DNA from: Scenedesmus sp. PABB004
Taxonomy: Eukaryota
Direction: 5' to 3'
DNA: 64,000 bases
Assembly: GCA_014905635.1 (NCBI GenBank)
Contig: JABVCE010000003.1
Span: 1,302,001-1,366,000, forward strand
The notes beneath the pieces were generated by a model. That model searched no databases. It worked only from the letters and a program-made list of their open reading frames with translations, and was not told where the DNA came from. Below are positions 39,044-48,992 of the stretch, one piece after another. Numbering within the stretch: position 1 is the stretch's first letter; every line of letters starts with the position of its first letter. A program made the translations under genes and the position numbers.

Positions 39044-40975
39044 TCACTGCCCCGCGCGCACGGGCTGCTCCAGCGCGGCCGACCAGGCGGCGCCGTCGTG
39101 CATCGCCGAGGCGAGCAGCTCGGCCACCGACGCGCCGCCCGCGGGCGCCGCCGCGCCGCCGCCGCCGCCGCCGGCGAGCCCCGACAGCGCCAGCACGCGC
39201 GCGACTGCGCCGAGGTGCGCCGGCGACAGCGCGGCCGCGCTGGTGGGCGGCTCCGGGTCGGCGGGCGCGGCCGCGCCGCCGCCGCCCGCAGACATGAATG
39301 CCTGCAGCATCAGACCCAGCAGCTGCGCCTGCGCCTCCGCGCTGCCCGGCGCCGCGGCGCACGCGGGGCTGCCGGCGCGGCCGCCGCCGCCGCGCGGCGG
39401 CACGGGGCCGAGCGGGCTGCCGCCGTCGGCGCCCGCCGCGCTCACGTCCAGCACGGCGCGGGGCCTGGCGCCGGGCGCGGCGTCCCACGCGGAGACGCCG
39501 CAGTGGCGCTTCACGGCGGCGCCGCCGGCGCGGCCGCCGGGGCTGCGCTTGGCGCGCTGCTGCAGGTGCAGCTTGAGGCTGGCCGGCGCCATGGGGGAGC
39601 CCTCCTCGTCCTGCGCGGTGCCGTCGCTGTCCTCGCTGTTGCTCCGCGCCCCGCCGGGCGCGCCGCGGCGCTGGCGCAGCTGGCGCAGCTGCGCCTGCTG
39701 CTCGCACAGCTGCTGCGCGTCCGCGTCGCCGCCGCGCTTGGCCTGCGCGCCGCCCTGCTGGCTGCCCTCCTCCTCCTCGTCCTCCTCCGCGTCGAGCTCC
39801 ATCAGCGCCGCGCGCGCCAGCGCCAGCAGGCCCACCGCCGCGCCCTCCTCGCTGTCGTGCGCGCCGCCGCCGCCGCCGCCGCCCCCGCCGCAGGCGCCGT
39901 CCAGCGCGCCCACGTCGAGCGCGAACGCGCCCGGGTGCGGCTCCAGCTGCGCGCTCTCGCTCGGCTCGTAGCCGCACTCGTCGCCGCCGCCCGCGGCGAG
40001 GCCGTACGCCGCTGCAAACGCCGCCGCCGCGCCCGCCGCCTGGCGGCCAAACGCGGCCGCGAGGTCCAGCGCCGCCTCGCTCGCGCCGAGCTCGCCATCG
40101 CCGCCGTCGTCGTCGGCCGGCGCCGCCGCCGCCGCCGCGCGGCGCTCGCTGCGGCTCGACGGCCGCGACGGCGGCGCGTGCGCGGCGAAGAACTGGCTGC
40201 TGCTGCTGCTCGGGTAGCCGCTACCCAGCGTCGGCGCGCGGCCGCCGCGGCCGGCGCCGTTGAGCGTGATGACGCCGATGCTGGCGAGGTAGCGCTGCAG
40301 GATGGTGAGGCGCGCGGGGTCGTGCGGGACCTTGCTGCGCACCGGGCGGCGGCCGCGGCGGTCGGGTGAGCGCGGCGCCGCGGCGCTGCTGCCGCGTGCG
40401 GGGCTTGCGCCGCGCCGCGCCGCGCGCCGCCGCACCGGCGCGCGGTGCAGTTGTAGTGGTTTTTCACGCTCGTCTCGGTGCGGCCGGGCAGCATCGACGC
40501 GATGAGCGTCCACTGGTTGCCAAACTGGCGGTGCCCGTCCACGAGCGTCTCCTCCTCCGCGTTGCTCCACTCGCCGGTCTTGATCCCGGGCACGAGCTGC
40601 TGCAGGTAGCGGCTGCGGCACTGCTTCGGCGCGCGCCCCAGCAGCGCGGGCCGGCCCATCAGCGTGTTGAAGTGCCGCGCCACGACGCTCCAGTTCTTCT
40701 CGCCGTGCACGGCGACCGCCCTGCGGCAAGCGGCGCGCGGCGCACAGCGGCGGCACCCGACGGCGTGGGCGCCGGCGCGCGCCGCCGCGCCGCCGCCGGC
40801 GGCCGCGGCGGGCAGCTGCTCTGGGCCGCGCGTGCCGCCCGGCCCGGCCGCCGGGCGCCCACGCGCTGCTGCTGCTGCGGCCGGCGAGGCCGCCCGCGCG
40901 CGGCGCGCACTTGCGCAGCGCCTCATCCTCCTCGGGCCGCCAGCAGCCCTTGAAGTGTGTGTTGTCGACCGCCAT
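39044..40975 (-). CDS. R2R3-MYB transcription factor
   Basis: KGCWRPEEDEALRK|AVAVHGEKNWSVVA..GRAPKQCRSRY..PGIKTGEWSNAEEETLVDGHRQFGNQWTLIASMLPGRTETSVKNHYN, followed by a low-complexity C-terminus. Confidence 0.93.
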   Translation of the reverse strand: MAVDNTHFKGCWRPEEDEALRKCAPRAGGLAGRSSSSAWAPGGRAGRHARPRAAARRGRRRRRGGARRRPRRRVPPLCAARRLPQGGRRARREELERRGAALQHADGPARAAGARAEAVPQPLPAAARARDQDRRVEQRGGGDARGRAPPVWQPVDAHRVDAARPHRDEREKPLQLHRAPVRRRAARRGASPARGSSAAAPRSPDRRGRRPVRSKVPHDPARLTILQRYLASIGVITLNGAGRGGRAPTLGSGYPSSSSSQFFAAHAPPSRPSSRSERRAAAAAAPADDDGGDGELGASEAALDLAAAFGRQAAGAAAAFAAAYGLAAGGGDECGYEPSESAQLEPHPGAFALDVGALDGACGGGGGGGGGAHDSEEGAAVGLLALARAALMELDAEEDEEEEGSQQGGAQAKRGGDADAQQLCEQQAQLRQLRQRRGAPGGARSNSEDSDGTAQDEEGSPMAPASLKLHLQQRAKRSPGGRAGGAAVKRHCGVSAWDAAPGARPRAVLDVSAAGADGGSPLGPVPPRGGGGRAGSPACAAAPGSAEAQAQLLGLMLQAFMSAGGGGAAAPADPEPPTSAAALSPAHLGAVARVLALSGLAGGGGGGAAAPAGGASVAELLASAMHDGAAWSAALEQPVRAGQ

Positions 40976-41782
40976 GGCGCCTGCGGCGCGGGGGTCGCAA
41001 TTCGCGCGTGGGTGGGGCCGCCTGATGCGCAGCGGGTACGCGCTGCCGCAGCGCGGCCGCGGGCCCCCCGGCCGCGCGCCGCGCGTCGCCGGCTGTCACG
41101 CCTCTCTGGCAGCGCGGGGGCGGCGAGGCGCTGCCCCACGCGCGCGGCGGGTGGCTGCAGCCACCGCCAACTGCTGGTGGGGCCTGCCGCGCCGTGCGGG
41201 CCCGCGCCGGCCCCGCCGCCCACACGACGCCGGCACACAGCACCCCCGTCCTTTTGCGACGCGCGAGAGCGCGCCGCGCGCACCTGGCAGGCCGCGCGGC
41301 TGCAGCGGCTCCGCGCGGCGGGACTGCTCTCACAGGCTGCGCGGGCAGCGGGGCGCGCTCAGAGCGTGACCTTTGGTCGTGCGGGTCTGCGTGCGCGGAG
41401 ATTTGGCAGGGCGTGGGGACCGGCGTGCGCTTGGACCGCGCTTGGACCGCGGCGGGTTGCCACCCGCCACGGCAACTGGGGAGCCACACAGCCCGCGGGA
41501 TCCCGGGCGCGTCAGACGCGCCGTCGGCTGCCCAGCGTCGCGGCACCCGGGTGCCGGCGCCGCCGCCGCGCGGCCAACGCGGCAGTGTCGCGTTGGCCGC
41601 GGCGGCACCGAGCGCCACAATTGCATGCGGGCGCGCAGGCAGGCGGCGGCAGGCAGGCAGGCCCTCTGTCACAGCTGGTCCTGGCACGCTGGTCCTGGCA
41701 CGCACGCACGCACGCACGCAGGCGGCTGCACGCACCAACGCGCACATGCAAGCGGCCGCCACGCCGCACCGCGCGCCGCGTC

Positions 41783-42136
41783 TCAGCGGCCCCGCGCGCG
41801 CCGCGTGGCGGCCCTGTCGATCGCAGCGGCGGCGTGCCGCTTGCGCTCGTGCTTGGCCGCCGCCTCGCGCTGCACCTTGCGCTGCAGGCGGTGGCGCTTC
41901 TGCAGAAACTCCAGCTCCGCGCACTGCGCCGCCAGCTCTGCCGGCGAGAGCCCGCAGTCGTCGCCGCCGCCGCCGCCGCCGCCCTGCACGCCAGGCGGCA
42001 GCTCCGCGCGCGGCTTGCTGCTGGGCAACGCCGGCGCCGCAGCGGTCGCCGCCCACGGCGTCGCCGGCGCCAGCACCTCCGCCCCCTCCTCCTCCGCGCC
42101 CGCCTCGCCGCCCGCCGCCGCGCCGCGCCCGCCGCT

Positions 42137-42177
<41 letters not shown>

Positions 42178-43802
42178 TGCCGCTGCCGCTGCCGCTGCCG
42201 CTGCCTGCTGCCGCTGCCGCCGCCGCTGCCGCTGCCGCCGCCGCGCTCTGGCGGCGGCCGCATCGGCGTGAGGAAGCGGTCAATACGGCCGCGCATGCTG
42301 CGCCGATCCATGAGGTCAACGAAGCGGTCCACCACGGCCGCGGCGTCGGCCGCCGTGCCGGCGCCGCCCATGACGGTCGGGACGAGCCGGCGCGGCCGCA
42401 GCGCGCCCACGCACGCGCGCAGCTCGGGCCAGCTCGAGTGCTCCGAATAGGGCACGCGCGCGATGGCGACGGCGCCGCCGGGGCCGTGCCGCTCGACCCG
42501 CGGCGGCCCGCCGCCGCGCCGGTACGACCAGCCTGCGCGCACGGCGCGCGCGCCGCGCAGCGGTGGGGCGGCGGGGCGGGCTCGCCGGCCGCCGGGCCGC
42601 ACGCGCGCGCCGCGGCGCACGTGCCGGCGGCGCGGCGCGGCGCACCGGTGGCCTGGATGCCGAGCACGCGCGCCCACCGCCCGCGCCAGCGCGCCAGGTA
42701 GGTGCTCAGGTCCTGCGGGTTGATGCGCAGGCTGGCGGGGCACACGTGGACCGCCGCGTCGCCGGGGACGTCCGTCAGCAGCGCCGCCTGCGCGGGCGGC
42801 AGGTCCAGCAGCGCCAGCGTGCGGCGCTTTGCCGGCTCCGCGTAGACCTGCGGCGGCGACGGCCGCGCGCAGCTCGGCGCGCCGCGCAGCGCCGTGCGCC
42901 GGGGCGCCCCGAGCGGGAAGAGGGGTTGGGCGCGCAGCGCGGCACGGCACGGCGGGCGGCGAGCGCACCCGTGCGCCGAGCGCCGCCGCGGCGCCCAGGA
43001 AGGCGCGCTCCTTGCCGACGCTGAACGTCGAAACGACCAGCAGCGTCCTCGGCTCGGCCGCCAGCTCGGCGCGCATCGCGGCGGCAATCATGGCAATCGC
43101 CTCGGCCTGCGGCGGGAACGTATGCCGCGGCAGCGCGTAGCTGCGGCGGTGGCGGCGGTGGCGTTGGCGGCGTCGGCCCAACGTCGCCTGCAGCCCGCGC
43201 GCTGCGCCGGCCGCGCGCCGGCGCCGCACGCCTGGCGTCGAGCTGCGGCGCCGCGCGCGTCGGACGCTCACGTGGTGTCGAGCATCAGCATGTCGACCTG
43301 CTTGCTCGCCAGCACGCTGCCGGAGCGCAGCTCGTCGCTCCACCTGCGGCGGCAGCAGCGTGAGCGGCTGGCGCGACGCAGCGCGCCGCCGGCGGCGGCG
43401 GCGGCCACGGCAGCACCTGCAGTCGCCGGTGTGCAGCACGCGCGTCACGCCGCCGCCGGGCGCCGGCACCTCAAACAACAGCATGACAGCGCCGGGGCAG
43501 TGGTTGGCGTCGAGCGCAGTGACGACCACGCCCTCGACCTCCACCGGCACGCCGAGCTCGAGCACGTGCAGCGCCGGCGCGAGCCACGCGCGCTGCGCGG
43601 CGACCAGGGCGGCGGTGACGCGGGAGCAGTAGACGACGCTGCCGGGCGGCGCGTGCGTCTTCATGCGCTCCAGGCCGCGCGTGTGGTCGCTGTGCGCGTG
43701 CGTGAGGAAGTAGGCGCAGCAGCCCGGGCCGGCGTGCTCAAAGCCGTCCACCATCAGCCGCGTGCCCGGCACCCACTTGACCCACTCCGCGTGCGTCGCC
43801 AT
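41783..43802 (-). CDS. SNM1/PSO2-family beta-CASP metallo-beta-lactamase nuclease (short form)
   Basis: FLTHAHSDHTRGL, DANHCPGAVMLLF, LHTGDCR, LDT, FPPQ, SVGKER, VPYSEHSSWPEL, LVPTV. The C-terminal tail needs a frame change near 42206. Confidence 0.9.
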
Positions 43803-43870
43803 GGCCGCCGCGCGCCCGCCGCCGCGCGCCCGCCGCCGCGCCGCGCAGCGCTCAGCGCCCGACGGAGCGC

Positions 43871-44429
43871 TCAGTGCTCCTCGCCATCCGCGTCGACGTC
43901 GCCCGACGCGTCGCTGCCGTCCGCCTCGCTGCCCTCGTCCGCGCCCTCTGCGGCCGCGGGCACGCGCGGGGGCGGGCAGGGCGCGTCAGTGCGCCCGGCT
44001 ACGGCAGCAGCTGCTGCCGGAGCGGCGCCGCGGGCGGCGGCGGGCGCACGCGCGCTCACCCGACTCCCCGGAGCTGCTGCCCTGCGGCGCGCTGTGGGGC
44101 AGGCCCACCACCACGCTGTCGGCGTTGTGGGTGCGGATCGCCTCCTCCTGCGCGCAGCAGCGCAGCGGCGGCGGTTGCGATCGCTCCGGCAGCGCCGCCG
44201 CAGTCGGGGCGGCAGCCCATCACGCCCGGGACAGCGCCATGCGCGCCTGGGCCAGCGGGCGGCCGCGCCGGCGGCTCCGGCGGGCCGGCGCGGCGCCGCA
44301 GCAGCGGCGGCGCGCCGCGCGGCGCACCTTGCGCCGCTCCGCCTCCTCCAGCGCGCTGATCAGCCTGTCCTCGCTGATCTCCTGCCGCAGCGCCTCGACT
44401 GTGACGGGCGCCGGCGCGGAGAGGAGCAT
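43871..44429 (-). CDS. Small acidic-tailed protein, APC15 (anaphase-promoting complex subunit 15)-like
   Basis: Three exons: MLLSAPAPVTVEALRQEISEDRLISALEEAERRK|EEAIRTHNADSVVVG..|acidic tail. The helix + IR..N...VVG + D/E tail pattern recalls plant APC15; tentative. Confidence 0.5.
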
Positions 44430-44725
44430 GCCTCGCGGAGGGAGAGGGCCGGACAGCCGATGCGCGGGCAGCAGGCGCGCGATCGGCGCAGGGAGGGCGG
44501 CGCGCTTTGCGGGTTCGGTCGCGTGAGCGAGTGGCGGGTTGCCGAGAGCAAGCGGCGGCAAGTGGGCCGGCCTGCAGGAGCGGGGGCGTGTTTTTTTAGT
44601 CCGGGACTGCCGGTCTTCAACCATCGCGCACGCCGCTTTGCTCGAGCTGTGGCGAGGCCGGCAGTGATGACTGCCTCGCAGCTGCCATGCGCGGCGCTTG
44701 AGCGCGCCTGACCGGTGCTGCGGCA

Positions 44726-47700
44726 ATGGCGGCAGCAGCAACTGCGGGGGCAGCCCCCCTGGCCTGCCAGCGAGCAGCGCTGCTGGCGCTGGTGCTGGTC
44801 GCGGCTGGCTCTCTGGCGCAGAGCAGCAGCTCGGAGAGCGTGCTGGCAGCTGGGGGCGGCTCGCCGCTGTTCGGTGAGGGGCGGCGGCACGGGACCTGGC
44901 GCGGGACCAGCGCCGGCGCGCGGCCTGGGGTCCTGGAGCGACCCCGCGCTGCCCAGCAGCTGCAGCCGCACCCGACACAGCTGCTGGGCCGACGTGCGTG
45001 CGCGCGCCGCCGCCCCCGCCGCCGCCGCCGCCGCCGCCGCCACAGTCGCGATGGTGGACGTGCGCGACCTCCCGCCGGCGCCGGCGGCGGCCGCGCAGCC
45101 GCCCGCCTCCCTGGCGGCGGCGCTGCGCAGCGCGGGCTACCCGGCGGCGCCGTCCTTGTCGCGGCCGCCGCTGCGCCGCGCGGCAGAGGCGGTGCCGCAG
45201 GGCGCATCGCCGGCCGAGATGCGGCCGGCGGGCGCGGTGCCGGTGGGCCCGGGCGGCCCGAGCCTGGCGCCGGAGGACCTGGCGGCCGCGGCAGACGGCG
45301 GCGCCGCGCGCGCGGCGCGCCGGCGGCTGCAGCAGGAGCCGGGCGAGGGCGGCGTCGCCGACGGCTTTGACGCGCCGGCCGCGCGCGCGCCCGCGGGCAC
45401 GCTCGGCCTCGCCGTCGGCCCGCGCCAGCTTCTGCTCGCGGCGGGCGGCGCCGTGAGCATCTGGGAGCTCGACCCTGCCACGGGCGAGCGCGCGCGCGGC
45501 GCGCCGCGCAGCTTCGGCCTGTCCGCGCTGCTCGCGGGCGCCGCGGCGGGCTGCTCCGACGTGTTCGACCCCTCCGCCGCGTACGACGGCGCGGCCGGCC
45601 GCTTCCTCGTGTCCGCGACCTGCGGCGGCGAGGGCCGCGTGCTGCTCGCCGCGAGCGCGACGCCCGACGCGGGCGGGCGCTGGTTCGCGTACGGCCTCGC
45701 CGCCGACGGCGCCGGCGCGGCGGGGCTCGCATGCGTGTCGCCGGCCGAGGCGTCACTCGCAGACTACACGCGCGTCGGGGTCAACGCCGACGGCGTGTAC
45801 GTGACCTACAAGAGCCTCTGCCCCTCCCGCCCCGACCGCGCGTCCTGGGGCCTGCTCGTGCTCCCAAAGTATGCGGTCTACAGCGGCGTCCCACACCTCA
45901 GCTACGCGGTCTACGGCCCTGCGCAGCTCGCGTCGGCGCTGGCCGCCGCGGGGCTGCCGCGCGGTGGCGGCTGCGCGCAGCTCGCGCCGGCGCTGCCGCA
46001 GGGCGCCGACGACGCGCCGCCGGGCGGCGCCGCATACTTTGTGTGTGAGGTGCGCCGGGGCACCAGCGGCGGCGGCGGGCAAGGGGCGGCGCGCTGCGCC
46101 GTGTGCCCCGAGCGTGCGCCGCGCGGCGCCGGCAGAGCGCGCGCCGCCGCCCCGCACCGCCGCCCCGCGCCGCGCAGCAAATGCCGGCGGCGCCCGCGCC
46201 GGCGGCGGCCGCGCGCACGGTGGTGGTCGTGGCGCTGCTGGACACCGGCGCGCTGTGGCACTGGGGCGGGACGGACTCGCTGACGAGCACGCCGCTCCTC
46301 GCGGCGACGGCGGTGCAGCTCGACGCGGCGCCCGCGCCCACGGCCGGCCTGCTCCTGCGCCAGCCGGACGGCGCGCCGCCGCTGCAGCAGGGCTCGCGGC
46401 CGCAGGGCTTCTGGAACGGCGCGGTGGGTGGGGCGCGGGGCGGGTGCGGTGGGTGGGGCGGGGCGGGCGCGCGCGCGGGCGGCGGCGCCGCAGCAGGCGC
46501 CGCACCGCGCCGGCGTGGCCGACGCGGCCGATCACACCGAGCCGCCGCGCGGCGCCGCCGCCGGGGCGCAGGCGGTGCTGGCGGGGGTCGGCTCTACCTC
46601 GCCGCGCCGAGCATGGTCGCCGCGGACGCGAGCAGCCCGAGCTACAGCCGCCGCCCGGCGGTTGCATGGGCGGAGCTGTCGCTCAGCCCGAGCCTCGCCG
46701 GCGCCGACGGCTGCGCGCAGAGCCGCGCGGGCGCGGCGGCGCGCGCCGCGTGGGACTGGCGCACCGACTACGCAACCAACTGGGGCTCGCAGGCGCGGCA
46801 GCGCGCTGGGGCCGCCCCGCCGGTCGTGCGGCGGGCACAGGCGGTGCCGCGCGCGCCTCGCCCCTGCAGCGCCAACCCCGCCACCGCCCCGTCCCGCCGC
46901 CGCGGCGCCGCAGTTTGACCTGAACTACACCCAGCACGGCAACGCGAGCTTTGCGCCCCGCCTCGCGTCCGCCGCGGCCGCAGGCGGCGCGGTCGCGCAC
47001 ACCGAGGTCCGCTCCGCGGCGGGGATCGGCCTCGGCATCGTCGCCGGCGGCGCGCTCGCGGCCGCCGCTGGGACGCTGTACGGCGGCGAGCCCTGCACCT
47101 GCTACGCCTGCTACTGGTGACCACGCCGCGCGCGCGCTGCGCACGCCGCGCAGACCTCGGCGGCGGCGCTTGGTCCGTGCTGCGCTCACGTGGCGCACGC
47201 CCCCGCGCCGCCCGCCCGCGCTCCGCTCTTACAACCTTAAACCAGGGGCGGGCAGTACTACAAGTACGGCGGCTACGTCGGCGGCGTGCTGCAGGGCAGC
47301 GGCTACGGTGCGCGCGCGGCCAGCCCGCCGCCCGCGCGCCGCGCCGCGCCGCGCCGCGGGGCACGGGCCCACCGCCAGCGCCGCGCGGCGCCCGACGCGC
47401 GCGGCGCCCGCCGCGCCCCGCAGGCTACGTGGGCTCCGGCTACTACCTGGACGCCAACCGCATGAGCCGCTGCCAGAACACCTGCACGCGCTGCTGGTAC
47501 TACGGCTACCCTGGTGGGCTCAGGGTTTGGGGGCCGGGCGCAAGGAGCGGGCGCGGGCTGCCGCACGCGCGCGGCGCGGGGGCGACTCGGCACGGCCGCG
47601 AGCCGCGCACGCCGGGACGCCGCGCGCTAAGCGCTGAACCCTGAACCCTGAATCCTGAACACGCCCGCCCGCAGGCAACGGCTTTGGCAACGTCGGCGAC

Positions 47701-48381
47701 GACATCGGCAACGTGCTGCTCAACTCGCCGCGCCAGTTCCGGTCGGTCAACGGCCAGCTCGCGCCGGGCGGCGCGGCGGCCGCGGCGGCCGACGGGCCGA
47801 GCCTTGACGGCGGGCCGAGCCTCGTCGGCGCGGCGCCGCTGCCGAGCGTGCCGGGGCGGCCGAGCCTGGGCGGCGAGGAGCTGTCGGCGCTCTTCACGCC
47901 CTGCAGCCGCGCGGCGGCGCTCGGCGCGGCCGTGCTGCGGCAGGGCCTGGTCACGCAGGGCGGCGCCGCGCCGCTCGGCCTCGCGCACCCCGCGCTCGCG
48001 GTGGGCCCGGGCAGCGGGCGCCTGCTGCTCGCGTTTGCAGCCGCCGGCCCGGGCGCGGCGGACGCGGCCGGCACGCCCGCGTACGCGGGCGTGGGCGCCG
48101 CGGCGATCGCGCCGGGCGCGTCGTCGCCGTCCGCCGGCGTCCAGCTCGTGCGGCCGGGGTGCGGCAGCATCGCGCCCGCGGCGCCGCCGGGCGCGGCGGC
48201 CGCGGCGGCCGAGGCGGGCGGCGCGTTGCCCGGCGCCGGCGCCGCGGGCTGGGCGGAGCTGTCGGCGGCGGGCGTGCACGCCGCCAGCGGGCGCGCGTAC
48301 ACGGCCGTGCGCTACGCGTCAGATGCGGGGCCGCTCGCCTCGACCGTCGGCACGTGGCTGTCGGCGTGGGTTTTGGAATGA
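44726..48381 (+). CDS. Large secreted protein of unknown function with a Gly/Tyr/Cys-rich insert
   Basis: Signal peptide (AALLALVLVAAGSLA); phase-consistent introns; DVFDPSAAYDGAAGRFLVSA and ADYTRVGVNADGVYVTY motifs; small exons at ~47246-47306 and ~47424-47512; stop at 48381. Confidence 0.7.
47634..47660. repeat. Telomere-like (CCCTGAA/TTCAGGG) x~4 in an intron
   Basis: CTGAACC CTGAACC CTGAATC CTGAAC read directly. Confidence 0.75.
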
Positions 48382-48831
48382 ATGAAGCGCGGGCGAGCGT
48401 GTGACTCTACGCCGAGGTGGCGGTCGAGTTCCGGCATCTGGCTGCCTTGCCCACGCAAGCGATCGCGCGCCGCCGCCGCCCCGGCCGCCAACGCACGCTG
48501 TCCTGCGAGCCGCCGCGCGCTGCCCTCGTGCGCCTGCGCCAGCTGGCGCCGCCGTTCCGATACGGCCTGCGTGGTGGAGAGCAGAACGGGACTCGCCCGG
48601 CAGCGATCCAGCGTGACCGGACGAGCAGCAGCGGCGCCTGGCGGCAGCGGCGCAGATCCCAGCAGCCGGCCAGCGCAGGCTGCCAGGACTGTGAGTAGAG
48701 GCACCGTGAGCGCGTGATGGAACTGCTGCCTCGGCGGCAGCAGTTGCGGCAGCAGCAGCACCCGACAACCGCTGCGCGCTAGGCGTCCATCGCAAAAGTC
48801 ACCCTGCGCCCAGCCTGAGCGCCGAGCAGCC

Positions 48832-48949
48832 ATGCCGGCGGCGGAGGAGGAGCAGGGGCCGTACGTCTCCAAGTGGGTGGTGTTCAGCGCCTCTGCGTTC
48901 ATCCAGGCGCGCGCGAGCGCGGCGCCTGCGCCGGCCCAGCCGCCGCCGC

Positions 48950-48992
<43 letters not shown>

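Noticed and set aside
40335..40440. Apparent non-canonical splice junction in the MYB gene
   Set aside because: A canonical GT-AG solution (..ACC GCG CGC CG|GT...CAG|C AAG) keeps the frame.
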